From a virus: a stretch of DNA of 44,206 bases. Of this stretch, positions 24,700-34,196 are shown piece after piece. The stretch is taken from the IMG/VR virus record IMGVR_UViG_3300009826_000008, positions 1 through 44,206 of that record, one strand, 5' to 3'. Within the stretch, counting starts at the first letter, position 1. Every line of letters starts with the position of its first letter. A model generated the notes under the pieces. That model did not search any database and was not told the origin of the DNA. It was given only the letters and a program-made list of their open reading frames with translations. The translations under genes and the position numbers were made by a program.

Positions 24700-25998
24700 C
24701 TATCTCATTTGTGCGCCAGCTGTGGTTCCTGTTCTAGTGCTCGGTAAATATCCACGCGGAACTTGGTTCCATGCACTACTTCCCATAGGGAACTGCCCCG
24801 GAGATGCCCAACCTATTGCACCTGTTGGCGGAGTAACCACACGACCCCCACTGCTTGGTGCAGCTGGTGCAGCTGGTGCAGCTGTTCCTCCACCAGTTCT
24901 AGACCAGCCACCACCACCGCCGCCACTACTGGCAGGAGCAGTTTGAGTAGTGTCAACATTCCTCCAGCCGCTTTGTGTTGTTTGCTGATTGGCAAGAGCG
25001 ACGCGCAGATTAAAGTCGTTCTGCTGATTACCCATATTCATGTTCCATTGGTTACGCATATTGGCAGAATCCATATTCCACTGATTCTGATTCATCCAAC
25101 GGTTTTGATTAAATTGATTCTGTGAAGCCCAGTTGGCTTGATTATGCTGATTCAGGCTGTTCCATCCAGCTTGATTAAATTGATTCTGTGAAGCCCAGTT
25201 GGCTTGATTAAATTGGTTTCTCTGGTTCATCGCATTCATGTTCCAGTCTTGGTTAGCTTGGTTTCTTGCAACCTCGGCTCCAAGTTCCTGCCCGTGTAGG
25301 GTAACTTGATTACCAAACCTAGCGTTCATTGAATCAAAGAAGTTTCTCATTGATTGGTTGTACATTGAAGCCCAACCCTCTTGGGCATCTATGGCTCTAT
25401 TGCTAAACCCAAAGTTTTGTGCTTCCTGTTGCCCAGCCAACAGTGACTGGTTTCTCATATACTCGTTCCACAGGTTATCCATAGAGGTTTGGTTGGCTGT
25501 AGCCAATGCCCCCTGTTGAGCAGCAGCAGATGTTCCAGCACCTAGCCCTGCCATGCCTTGTGCATTATTCATGCGAGCCATAGCTTCTGTACCAGCACGC
25601 TGTGATTGTAGTCTAGCAGCAGCATTCTGTGTTGACATATCCGAGAACTGACGATTGAAGTCAGCATCAGACATAGCACGCTCAGATTGAATCTGCCTTA
25701 ACTGTTGGTCTCTATGGAAGTCCGACAATGCACGAGCATACTCGTCACCATCCATCCACTCTGGAGCATCTGGTCTCTCTACATTGATATCCCATCCGGG
25801 TCTAGTGCCCTGATAGAAGTTGCCCCAAACATGGTTCCCCCAGTTATGACCTCCCCAAACATGGTTCCCCCATTGAAAGTCATTGGGAGCTGTGAAGCTG
25901 CCAAAGGCATTACGATTGAATGTGGGGTTGCTAAGGAGCCTAGTGGTTGAGGTTGAACCCGAAGTTTCTCTAGTTCTTGTAGTAGTGGTTCTTGACAT
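24700..25998 (-). CDS. Q/N/W-rich low-complexity repeat protein (432 aa), candidate internal virion protein
   Basis: AGGAGG RBS. Contains WGNHVWG repeats, about 100 aa of NQFNQANWASQ-type repeats and a poly-Gly/Ala-Pro tract. Confidence 0.8.
   Translation of the reverse strand: MSRTTTTRTRETSGSTSTTRLLSNPTFNRNAFGSFTAPNDFQWGNHVWGGHNWGNHVWGNFYQGTRPGWDINVERPDAPEWMDGDEYARALSDFHRDQQLRQIQSERAMSDADFNRQFSDMSTQNAAARLQSQRAGTEAMARMNNAQGMAGLGAGTSAAAQQGALATANQTSMDNLWNEYMRNQSLLAGQQEAQNFGFSNRAIDAQEGWASMYNQSMRNFFDSMNARFGNQVTLHGQELGAEVARNQANQDWNMNAMNQRNQFNQANWASQNQFNQAGWNSLNQHNQANWASQNQFNQNRWMNQNQWNMDSANMRNQWNMNMGNQQNDFNLRVALANQQTTQSGWRNVDTTQTAPASSGGGGGGWSRTGGGTAAPAAPAAPSSGGRVVTPPTGAIGWASPGQFPMGSSAWNQVPRGYLPSTRTGTTAGAQMR
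25105..25210. repeat. Two identical 40-nt copies spaced 66 nt apart inside the Q/N-rich gene
   Basis: ttgattaaattgattctgtgaagcccagttggcttgatta occurs at 25105..25144 and again at 25171..25210. Confidence 0.95.
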
Positions 25999-26056
25999 AC
26001 GAAGCCTCCTAAGCCCCTGTATCGCTCTCTGTAGGTCTATATGATGTTACCTACCT

Positions 26057-26094
26057 AAATAAAAAAGAAGTGGCATGTGAAGGCTCTCACATAC
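26057..26094 (-). terminator. Rho-independent terminator (minus strand)
   Basis: The minus-strand hairpin gtatgtga/tcacatgc is followed by cttcttttttattt. Confidence 0.6.
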
Positions 26095-26095
26095 C

Positions 26096-26593
26096 TTAAA
26101 CGGTGTCTAAAAACTCTTTTCCAATAACTAAGCTTGATGCATTACAGGCTTCTACCTTCTCTAGCTCTTCTCTTAGTATTGATGGCATGTCTGGTGCATC
26201 ATTTTCTGGTATGTTATCTCTAACCCAGTGATACAGCTCTCGAATATATGTAATAGCTATACCTAGTTTGCTTTTTGTTTCCTTGAAGTCTCTAATGTCT
26301 ATTTCAAGTTCTCTCTGTGTTGCACGTAGTTTTTTAACCTCTGCTTGCAGTGGTTCTATCAGGCTCTCAGTCTGAGCTTGCAGCATAGCCTTGAACGCAG
26401 AACTCATGTTCTCTGTATCTACCTTTTGAGTTTCAGACCGCACTTGCTCTATTTTTGCACCAAGGTGCTTCTTCTCACTCGACAACTTCCAGACTGATAT
26501 GATGGCGGTTATTAATCCGCCACCACCGAATATGTACGGAAGCCACATTTGCAGAATCATCATAGTGTGCATATGTTGGTCTGCGGTAGCCAT
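26096..26593 (-). CDS. Membrane-anchored coiled-coil protein (165 aa)
   Basis: TAATG overlap with the upstream gene. One TM segment (WLPYIFGGGGLITAIISVW) is followed by a heptad-rich region. Confidence 0.65.
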   Translation of the reverse strand: MATADQHMHTMMILQMWLPYIFGGGGLITAIISVWKLSSEKKHLGAKIEQVRSETQKVDTENMSSAFKAMLQAQTESLIEPLQAEVKKLRATQRELEIDIRDFKETKSKLGIAITYIRELYHWVRDNIPENDAPDMPSILREELEKVEACNASSLVIGKEFLDTV

Positions 26594-27717
26594 TATGCTA
26601 TCCTTGTCCAAATGTTAACTCTGAAGTCAGCTTGTCGAACATCAAAATTAGTTACACTCCCAGCATATGCTACTGATGTAGTACTGTTAGAAGCGGCACC
26701 TGTGTTTCCGGTTCCTGAAGCACCTGTTTGACCAGTACCTGCTGCACTTGTTGGTCCCGGATTCGTACTTTGAGTATTTGCAGGCTCCCCAACGCCAAAG
26801 TTTCCTTCATTTTGAACGTGTGCTAAAACATGGCGAACATTATTTCCGGATGCATATGCGATTCGTCTGCCGGTTACGTTTGGCGTGCCTGCACCTATGT
26901 TGCCGTTTGCAGCTCGTCCTATGCGTAAAAAACCAGTATTGGCTCCACCAGCAGCATGGTTATGGTTCAATCCACTATGAGTATGCGATGGTCCACTATG
27001 AGTATGCGATGGTCCACTATGTGTGTGTGTCATTGTGTGCGTGTGTTCTGGGAGATTAGCAGCTGTAATAGCCCTGTTATTGGTTGTTACATTTGATGTT
27101 CCGGGGACTTGTCCAGTCTCAGCCCCAACAAGAACTCTTCCGTGCGCTATTCTCTGCCACACTCCACCAAAGAATGTCTGAGGATTGTATGTGCCCATGG
27201 TAATATGACAAGAGCCAACAGGATAAATATCAGATGCGATTGCGTTTGTAAAATCAATAGACACATCTAGTGGACCAATGGACCTAGGAAGAATCATTGG
27301 TCTGGCATTAGGCTGTCCGGGAACATTGGCATTACCAATGACTGTGGATGTTCCGTGACCACTGATTGTCATATCTGCAATTTTGGCACCAGTAATCTGT
27401 CTATCACCCACATCGGCTGTGCCGATTGTGCCCGGATGTAATGTCGAGTAATTAGACCTGTCCGACCAAGTTGATTGTACGCTTCCAGTAAGTGTTCTTG
27501 GAGCCACATTAGGTGCACCAATAGTCTGCATATCGATAATACTTTGAGCAGACCCACCAGTGCCAGTTACAGAGCCCAGACGTAACTGACTTCCCTGAAT
27601 CTGTCTTGTGTCTATAGCTTCATTGAGCTGTCTAAAGTTTGAGTTAACTTCACTAGCAACCACCGGATTGCCACCGTGAAACTCTGTCAGGCTATTCAGC
27701 CATCCTGTGATTGCCAT
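26593..27717 (-). CDS. Tail fibre / receptor-binding protein with tail-collar-like domain and HxH repeats
   Basis: The FFGGVWQRI...NLPEHTH pattern fits a tail-collar domain. HTHTMTHTHSGPSHTHSGPSHTHSGLNHNH is a run of HxH motifs, as in metal-binding fibre tips. Confidence 0.7.
   Translation of the reverse strand: MAITGWLNSLTEFHGGNPVVASEVNSNFRQLNEAIDTRQIQGSQLRLGSVTGTGGSAQSIIDMQTIGAPNVAPRTLTGSVQSTWSDRSNYSTLHPGTIGTADVGDRQITGAKIADMTISGHGTSTVIGNANVPGQPNARPMILPRSIGPLDVSIDFTNAIASDIYPVGSCHITMGTYNPQTFFGGVWQRIAHGRVLVGAETGQVPGTSNVTTNNRAITAANLPEHTHTMTHTHSGPSHTHSGPSHTHSGLNHNHAAGGANTGFLRIGRAANGNIGAGTPNVTGRRIAYASGNNVRHVLAHVQNEGNFGVGEPANTQSTNPGPTSAAGTGQTGASGTGNTGAASNSTTSVAYAGSVTNFDVRQADFRVNIWTRIA
26971..27012. 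repeat. Perfect 21-nt tandem duplication
   Basis: tccactatgagtatgcgatgg occurs twice in tandem. It encodes a duplicated HTHSGPS unit on the minus strand. Confidence 0.95.
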
Positions 27718-27718
27718 A

Positions 27719-27892
27719 TTAAACCCCTATTCCTAATGTTGACTCTATAACTGCTATTCTCCTAAGTATATCATCTATCTGATGATGCCTTATAATGTCA
27801 GCTTGCATGCTCTTTCTAGTATTTCTATCATTGGAAGACTCTGTTCTAGGAGTCTTTTCAAGGCGTTGTGTTCCTGTTTGTGATGTAAACAT
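27719..27892 (-). CDS. 57-aa hypothetical ORF between tail genes
   Basis: TAATG overlap with the upstream gene. Its stop lies 1 nt before the next ATG. Translated by hand. Confidence 0.5.
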   Translation of the reverse strand: MFTSQTGTQRLEKTPRTESSNDRNTRKSMQADIIRHHQIDDILRRIAVIESTLGIGV

Positions 27893-29937
27893 TATACAAT
27901 ACTCCCAACGGGTCTGAAGATTATATCAACACCATTTAAAGCCCAGAATCCTCTGACAGCAAGCTTTAAGTCACACTCTATGTTCCTAACTCTCCAGTTC
28001 AGGTAGTAACCTTCCAACTTGCCAGTGTTAAGAAACCACTTAGTCAAAGACATCCCTGTTCCAAGATTCAATGTATCATCTAGCCAAGTTTGATATTGGG
28101 CATCGGTTACCCATACAGAGGATGGAGCATCCCATGTGTCTCGTATGAAGTCAGACTCATGTTCTATCAGGTCCCAATCATCCCACATGAAATCTCCAAT
28201 ACGAGCACTGAAAAAGTTACTAAATGCTATTCTTCCTATTCCTGCCCATCTGGGAACATCCTCATTCGCTTCGCTCCATGTAGTACCATTATACCATATT
28301 ACGTCATCACCCTCAATAGTCCAGTCTCCACGAGATGGATTATCCGGTCGAGTGTTGTGGAATCGCCCAGTAAAGAACGCTGGATAATCTCCACCCGCAT
28401 ACTCAGTGACCCTGCCACCTGTTCTCCACTCACTGAACTCTTCAGTAGGGGGAGGAACAGATAGTGCAGCTACTTCTCTTGTGCTTCTTTCTCCATAAAT
28501 AACATCAAGAAATATTTTTCTTGTCTTATATTCAACTGTTCTATTTCCCCATTCTCTCTCGGGGTCTTCAATAAATAGAGAGCCATTAGGATAGAGAACT
28601 TCACACTCCATAGGGATATCATCAATACCCACAATTCCATCAAACTCCATAAATCGCCACCTATTGTCAAAATTAGTAACGATTATCGGAGATATAAAGT
28701 CTTTTGAAACAGATATTATATTCTTTGAGTAGTGAGAACGTCCAGCAAAAAAGCAATCATGGTCAATATTATACCCAGCAATCAGTCCAATATTCTTTTG
28801 GAAGATGTATAAGATACCATCATATATTGCTGTCATAAACTCATTGGAGCCAGTGAGTAACTTGTCTATTCTGTCAGACAGTCTCATAACTTGTGTTCCG
28901 CGTATAACATACAGTGAACGCTTGTTACCGTGAGAATTGCCTATAAAAAATACTTGGTCTCCAAAGTTAACAATGCTTTCTGGGTCAGTACATCCTATCT
29001 TTCTTGAGATAACGTCAATAGAGGCACCCATGCGAGCCTCTGCGGGATTGGCACTAGGTGGAAATGTCCATAAGCTTATAGACCTATCCTTAAATACTAC
29101 AACACCATCAAGCAGTGAGGCAAGACCAGTTGGTGTATCTTGAAATGGCTCCACTGTAATGCCACCACCATCGGATGACATTCCTCCATCTAGAAAGTCT
29201 ACAGCCTCCCAGATATTCCACTTCTCTAACCTGTCCACATTCAACTGGTCGTCAACAAACCACCTATCATCTGATGCAGAGAATCGTACCTCATTTCCCT
29301 CATCAATCCCCCACACTCTTCCTCCGAAAACCATAGCCTGTCTTAGTGCTATGCGCGGGTATTCATCTTCACTTTGTCCGGGAACAAACTGAGATTTATT
29401 TCTGATTGGTTTCATGTTCCATCTGTTACTAACGCCCTCTACAGACCTGTCAACAAACAGTTGAAGTGCATCGCCACTTTGTAGAAATATTCCCACATTC
29501 AGTGGGTCCATAACAACTACAGACGCTCCACCAAATTGACCGCTATTGTTTATCTGATAGTCAAGTGCCCCACCTTCAGATATTGATATGGCTCCATTAC
29601 CACCTTCAACTCGCACAAACAAACCTACTCCGTCAGCACGACTTCTAAGAAAGAACACAAAGTGCAAATCCTCTGGTCCACGAATAAGTGTACCATCACG
29701 AAATTGTGGGATACGAACAGACTTTATTTCAAGAACATCCATATCATTACCACCGAAGAACTGATAGTTTGGACTATCACCGATGATTGGTCTAGTGCAT
29801 AGTGGATGCCCTTTGTAATTTGGAATAAGATTAACCAGTTCCTCCATCTCATTCTGCCTTAGATGCTGAGGAGCCTTCGCATAGTTTACTCCACCAGAGT
29901 AGTCATAAAATGACACCTTTGGTTCATAACTAGGCAT
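27892..29937 (-). CDS. Large tail structural protein (681 aa; nozzle/tubular-type role inferred)
   Basis: Size and position in the late operon. No motif recognised. Confidence 0.7.
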   Translation of the reverse strand: MPSYEPKVSFYDYSGGVNYAKAPQHLRQNEMEELVNLIPNYKGHPLCTRPIIGDSPNYQFFGGNDMDVLEIKSVRIPQFRDGTLIRGPEDLHFVFFLRSRADGVGLFVRVEGGNGAISISEGGALDYQINNSGQFGGASVVVMDPLNVGIFLQSGDALQLFVDRSVEGVSNRWNMKPIRNKSQFVPGQSEDEYPRIALRQAMVFGGRVWGIDEGNEVRFSASDDRWFVDDQLNVDRLEKWNIWEAVDFLDGGMSSDGGGITVEPFQDTPTGLASLLDGVVVFKDRSISLWTFPPSANPAEARMGASIDVISRKIGCTDPESIVNFGDQVFFIGNSHGNKRSLYVIRGTQVMRLSDRIDKLLTGSNEFMTAIYDGILYIFQKNIGLIAGYNIDHDCFFAGRSHYSKNIISVSKDFISPIIVTNFDNRWRFMEFDGIVGIDDIPMECEVLYPNGSLFIEDPEREWGNRTVEYKTRKIFLDVIYGERSTREVAALSVPPPTEEFSEWRTGGRVTEYAGGDYPAFFTGRFHNTRPDNPSRGDWTIEGDDVIWYNGTTWSEANEDVPRWAGIGRIAFSNFFSARIGDFMWDDWDLIEHESDFIRDTWDAPSSVWVTDAQYQTWLDDTLNLGTGMSLTKWFLNTGKLEGYYLNWRVRNIECDLKLAVRGFWALNGVDIIFRPVGSIV

Positions 29938-29940
29938 ATT

Positions 29941-30621
29941 CTACCTCCAACGCTCGTGTCTGTAAGTTTCTTCATCATAGTTAGGTCTAAAGAAGCCCGG
30001 TCTAGGCTTAACAATGCGGTCTGAACGGTCCTTAAACATCTGGTCGAATCGTTCAGCAGCACGACCATCTTCATCCATTAGCTTTAGCAGTGAGCAACAA
30101 CGCATTATTGCTGCATCAAGCATGCCTTCTGACAAGCCAAAGAACTTCTTGTTTAGGTTCTCTTCGCTCAGCGGAACACTATCAAAGTCTGGCTTATACT
30201 TTATTACCAGTGGAAGTCTCTCTGTACCATTCCATCTGGGATAAAAGTAAATCTTTGTATTTTCCAAATCGTATGCTGTTGGCATTCCTTCTGCGTCATC
30301 AACAACGATGTTCTTTTCATATCTTAGTAGTTGCCCATCAAGTCTAATGTATTCAACGAATATTTGTCCTCCATCATAAAATACATTCGATATGTCTATG
30401 CTATTTCTATCCATGCTATCCATGAGCCATGTTTCATATGTCTCATACTCAGTAGTGAACGTGTCATAAACATCGTTAACGCAACTCATCAACTCTCTGA
30501 ATACTTTACTTTCTGAGAACTGGTACTCTTCACGGGCATGGGCTGATTCACGCCTCTTCTCATTAATCAGCCCGTACACCCTATCGAGAGCTTCGCTTAT
30601 GGTACTTTTAGTCTGCTTCAT
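29941..30621 (-). CDS. Virion structural protein (226 aa; adaptor-type role possible)
   Basis: GGGAG RBS before ATG 30621, preferred over the track start at 30711. Confidence 0.65.
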   Translation of the reverse strand: MKQTKSTISEALDRVYGLINEKRRESAHAREEYQFSESKVFRELMSCVNDVYDTFTTEYETYETWLMDSMDRNSIDISNVFYDGGQIFVEYIRLDGQLLRYEKNIVVDDAEGMPTAYDLENTKIYFYPRWNGTERLPLVIKYKPDFDSVPLSEENLNKKFFGLSEGMLDAAIMRCCSLLKLMDEDGRAAERFDQMFKDRSDRIVKPRPGFFRPNYDEETYRHERWR

Positions 30622-31519
30622 TTTCGCTCCCAATATATCTTCGTCTTGCGTATCTTCTCGGCTCAGCACAGTCGTACTCATATGTGGGTGCTGATTCTGG
30701 TGTCTTAACATACATGGGCAATATTCTCATGCATGTACTTAGTGGTTCCCACAGGGCAATAACCCTCTTCGGACCGAGTACCCTATAGCCTTCTAGGTCT
30801 ATTGGAATCTCTTCATCTCCATAAACTTCAGCCCATCCAGAAAAGGCAAACCCATTTCTAACTGGGTCACTTATGCTTAGACGTTCACCAGTCATGAACG
30901 ATACTGCACCTTGTGGAGTACCACGTCCTCCAGCTAAGTCAAAATACCATTCGTGCTCTACCAGCGACCTAACAAGAACATCTTGAGGCTCAAGACTTCT
31001 AATTTCCAGTAGAGGTGTAGTCAGTGTACCTACATCAGCAGAGAACATCTGTATGGTTTCTGCTCTTGCGAACACATTGGAGAATGTTCCATCTGGCATT
31101 CTGTTTGTTATATTAGTGCTGGTCATTGTCTGTGAAAAGAAGAGATTAAACCTCAGAACTGTCCCAGCTACTAAGCCATGACCAGCGGGTAGCCTAAATA
31201 TTAAGTTAGGTCCTTGATGTGAGGCAATCAACATTATTCTAATCGTTTCCCCAGAACGAGGAAAATAGTCTCTATCCACAGTCCAGCCCGGAACCATCAT
31301 GCTTGGGTCATTGGTTGTAAAAATATTAACCCAATTGAGCTGCCTATTATTGGCGAGTATCGTCATTCCGACACCACCATTAAGCATAGACGGACTTTTT
31401 GTGAATGTTCTGTCTACAACATAAAGACCGAGCTCATTCATTTCACTCGCACTAGACACAGTGAACTCATCAGCCTCTTGAGTCATATTCATGTTCGGAT
31501 TGAGTGAAAATAAGTTCAT
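30608..31519 (-). CDS. Structural protein with C-terminal Listeria-Bacteroides-repeat-like domain
   Basis: GERLSISDPVRNGFAFSGWAEV...YRVLGPKRVIALWEP resembles the G-[YF]-x-F-x-G-W...L-x-A-x-W repeat. Confidence 0.55.
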   Translation of the reverse strand: MNLFSLNPNMNMTQEADEFTVSSASEMNELGLYVVDRTFTKSPSMLNGGVGMTILANNRQLNWVNIFTTNDPSMMVPGWTVDRDYFPRSGETIRIMLIASHQGPNLIFRLPAGHGLVAGTVLRFNLFFSQTMTSTNITNRMPDGTFSNVFARAETIQMFSADVGTLTTPLLEIRSLEPQDVLVRSLVEHEWYFDLAGGRGTPQGAVSFMTGERLSISDPVRNGFAFSGWAEVYGDEEIPIDLEGYRVLGPKRVIALWEPLSTCMRILPMYVKTPESAPTYEYDCAEPRRYARRRYIGSENEAD

Positions 31520-31521
31520 CT

Positions 31522-31803
31522 TTATTCCTTAACTTTGCCTAAAACGTTAGTTACATCCACAATCCCACTAGCAACTAGTCCTATTATAACCATGAACATA
31601 ATAACAGGATTTAGGTACAATGCTGTCCAAAGAAATAGACCGGCTATAACAACAGACAATACCGGAATCGGAATCCATTTTGGTATGTTGTATGATTTAA
31701 TATACTTCACTACCGGGATTACAGCTAGAGAAATTACTGCTGTTATTAAAAGTGCCAGTGATGTATCTAGTCCAAACAGTTCAAGAATGCTTACATCATA
31801 CAT
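31522..31803 (-). CDS. Holin (93 aa, three hydrophobic helices)
   Basis: Three TM-like segments and a charged C-terminus. It lies immediately downstream of the endolysin. Confidence 0.7.
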   Translation of the reverse strand: MYDVSILELFGLDTSLALLITAVISLAVIPVVKYIKSYNIPKWIPIPVLSVVIAGLFLWTALYLNPVIMFMVIIGLVASGIVDVTNVLGKVKE

Positions 31804-31811
31804 TATATCTC

Positions 31812-32822
31812 CTATACTGTACTCAATAGATTAACTGCAATCCACCCTCTTTGCCCACCAGTGGCTACGTGTCGCCACGTGTGACCACCAGAGCGATGAG
31901 TAGTGGTAGATATCGCAGTTACTGTAGTGTTGGCGTTGAGCGTCCTTAGAATGCGTCCACCAGTTCCGTGAGATGCCCTTAAGTTTACTCTGCCACCAGT
32001 TCGCCACTGCTGTACATTACCAGCAAGGTGTGCGGCACTTACCCAACCATCGCCAGTATTAATCCATCTCCTATTTCCTCCAACATTTCCGCCTGCTCTT
32101 GCTTCTTGTGTAGCCCAGAATACGGTATCTCTGGCTAGCTGTCGTCTAACATTGCCAGTTGCTGTCGGCTGGTTTCTAACGTTCAGAGGATTGGCTGTAA
32201 CGCGGAACCTCTGTCGTGTTATGGTTCTAATGTCGTGTGGATTACTGTTTGCTGCTGGCGGAGTTGTCGTTGCAGCAGGAGGTCTATTAGCCCCTCCAGT
32301 ATTAGCCACAATCGTGTTGACTACTGCCTGAACAGCCCGTGTGCGATTTGCTCTCCATGCAGCGACATCAGCCGCATTCGTCAAAAAGCACCACTCTATT
32401 AATATTGTATTATTGGGGAAATTGTTAAGTACCCCAATATTTGTTCTCTGCTTTGGACCACGATTTGGGATTCCAAGTTCTCTTGCTATTGTCGCAGACA
32501 CTGCTCTAGCCAGTGGTAGCATTGCTGCTCCTCTATAGAGAACTTCTACACCTCTTGCTGAGGCATTACTAAACCCATTAAAGTGGTTTGCTATATGGAA
32601 CTGTGCGCCACTATTGCGCATGTTCCTTACTTGCTCGTTGACAACATTCGCTGCCCCGCTTGCATTGCTCGTTGCATTGACAGTTGTGTTGCCTATGGCA
32701 TTGAGCCGATTTATCATTTGAGTTGTTACCCACCGTGCCTCCTCATGCTCACGAATACCATTACCAGAAGTACCCGGAGATGATGCACTGTGTCCAGCGT
32801 GAACACTGTATCGTCTACTCAT
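31812..32822 (-). CDS. Endolysin: N-acetylmuramoyl-L-alanine amidase (Amidase_3) with two SH3b-like cell-wall-binding repeats
   Basis: Amidase_3 is indicated by HAGHS...EHE...FHIANHFN...GVEVLY...LIEWCFLTN. Two C-terminal blocks of type NVR...G..V..L......W........W fit SH3b repeats. Confidence 0.85.
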   Translation of the reverse strand: MSRRYSVHAGHSASSPGTSGNGIREHEEARWVTTQMINRLNAIGNTTVNATSNASGAANVVNEQVRNMRNSGAQFHIANHFNGFSNASARGVEVLYRGAAMLPLARAVSATIARELGIPNRGPKQRTNIGVLNNFPNNTILIEWCFLTNAADVAAWRANRTRAVQAVVNTIVANTGGANRPPAATTTPPAANSNPHDIRTITRQRFRVTANPLNVRNQPTATGNVRRQLARDTVFWATQEARAGGNVGGNRRWINTGDGWVSAAHLAGNVQQWRTGGRVNLRASHGTGGRILRTLNANTTVTAISTTTHRSGGHTWRHVATGGQRGWIAVNLLSTV

Positions 32823-33052
32823 TATTCATCACCCAGTTCATCCTCGTGCGGAACTTCAATCTGGTCCTCGTCAATAGGAACGTCAGCGGCTTCATTTCCA
32901 TCAGCATCAAGAAGAACAATATCTTCTGGGATGAGAGCCTCAACTTCCTCAACGGTTGCAGGTTGCAACTCCGGAATGTACTTGCCTGATGGTGTGAAAT
33001 ATGCGTCCATCAGACCCTCCATCTTTTTTTCTAGCTGCTTGTAAATAGCCAC
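32822..33052 (-). CDS. Acidic hypothetical protein (76 aa)
   Basis: TAATG overlap with the endolysin gene. Confidence 0.65.
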   Translation of the reverse strand: MAIYKQLEKKMEGLMDAYFTPSGKYIPELQPATVEEVEALIPEDIVLLDADGNEAADVPIDEDQIEVPHEDELGDE

Positions 33053-33069
33053 TGACTACTCCTAACTAC

Positions 33070-33282
33070 CTAATACGGGTTATTGTGACTGGCGTGGTCT
33101 TGCCACCCCATTCTGTCTTGAATGCAAGCTGCATCCTCTAGCGCATCTAAATCTTCACGGATATTGTGAATAACGCCATGCGGTACTCTAGTTCCATGAT
33201 TGTGCGCAATTCTCAAGTTCATCTCAAGGTCTGCCTCAAGTACATGAATGGCATCCTTGACAAGCTCTTTCATTTTGTGCAT
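33070..33282 (-). CDS. Hypothetical protein (70 aa)
   Basis: AGGAG lies 8 nt upstream of ATG 33282. The longer track ORF would overlap the upstream gene by 89 nt. Confidence 0.55.
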   Translation of the reverse strand: MHKMKELVKDAIHVLEADLEMNLRIAHNHGTRVPHGVIHNIREDLDALEDAACIQDRMGWQDHASHNNPY

Positions 33283-33310
33283 ATCCACTTCTCCTAAAGA
33301 GCTAATGGAC

Positions 33311-33670
33311 TTAGCCAACAGCTCCTGCCTCTCCCTTGAGGTATCTTCGGAGAACGTCAACATCACTTGATGTGAACTTAGTCTCGATATATGGAACATC
33401 TATATGACCCATCCTCTCAAGCGCTTCCTTCAGAGAGTCACAGATTGTATCTATGCAACCAACTTGACCATCTCCATCCACAATGTTTAACTGTGCTAAC
33501 ATCGGGTGGTCTTTGGCTTGCTCAATATAGCTTGATATCTTACCTGTTGATTTGGCTTGGTAGTAGCCAGCAGTGATGGTAAGTCTCTTCCAGTCATTAC
33601 CTTGCATTGCAGGCAAAACTTCATTATCAATATAAGCTATTATCATAGGCTCTAGTTGTGCTAAGTCCAT
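33311..33670 (-). CDS. Hypothetical virion/morphogenesis protein (119 aa)
   Basis: Position in the late operon with compact spacing. Confidence 0.65.
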   Translation of the reverse strand: MDLAQLEPMIIAYIDNEVLPAMQGNDWKRLTITAGYYQAKSTGKISSYIEQAKDHPMLAQLNIVDGDGQVGCIDTICDSLKEALERMGHIDVPYIETKFTSSDVDVLRRYLKGEAGAVG

Positions 33671-33696
33671 GTTACTCCTACTCGCTATTCGTCAGA

Positions 33697-34131
33697 TTAA
33701 GCTACAGTTGGTGCAGGACCACAGGGTGGTGTGATTACATCACAGGTAGAGATGAACTTGTGTGTAGGAGGCATCTTGCACCATAGACGCTCGTCACCCA
33801 TTTCACAGCTTGCCTTATTAAGAGCAATCTGCTTGTCGATGCATCCCATCTCAGCTCTTAGAGCATCAATCTTGGCATCCATTGTCTTGAATAGCTCAAA
33901 GTCACCTTCAGCTGCACACTTTTCAGCCTTAACGATTGCTAGCTGCTCGCGAAGTCTAGCAGCTTCCTTGCTTTCAAAGTGGTCGTGACATCTATCATGT
34001 CCACGATACTCGCCTCCACCCAGAAGGTTACCACCTAGTAGCGCGGCTGCAAGTCCTGCTGCACCAAGTCCAAGACCTGTTCCAGCAACCCCTTTGCTTG
34101 CGTACTCTTTTTGTCCGTAATATTCGGGCAT
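33697..34131 (-). CDS. Gly/Ala-rich hydrophobic N-terminus plus coiled-coil protein (144 aa)
   Basis: AGAGGTG RBS before ATG 34131. Contains the GVAGTGLGLGAAGLAAALLGG segment. Confidence 0.6.
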   Translation of the reverse strand: MPEYYGQKEYASKGVAGTGLGLGAAGLAAALLGGNLLGGGEYRGHDRCHDHFESKEAARLREQLAIVKAEKCAAEGDFELFKTMDAKIDALRAEMGCIDKQIALNKASCEMGDERLWCKMPPTHKFISTCDVITPPCGPAPTVA

Positions 34132-34196
34132 AAAAGCACCTCTTTCTATTTGACCCAACAGTTACTATATAACAGCAGTTCGCGACCTGCGTGTTA

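Noticed and set aside
24722-25125. Pro/Cys-rich plus-strand ORFs opposite the Q/N-rich gene
   Set aside because: They are an antisense artefact of low-complexity repeats.
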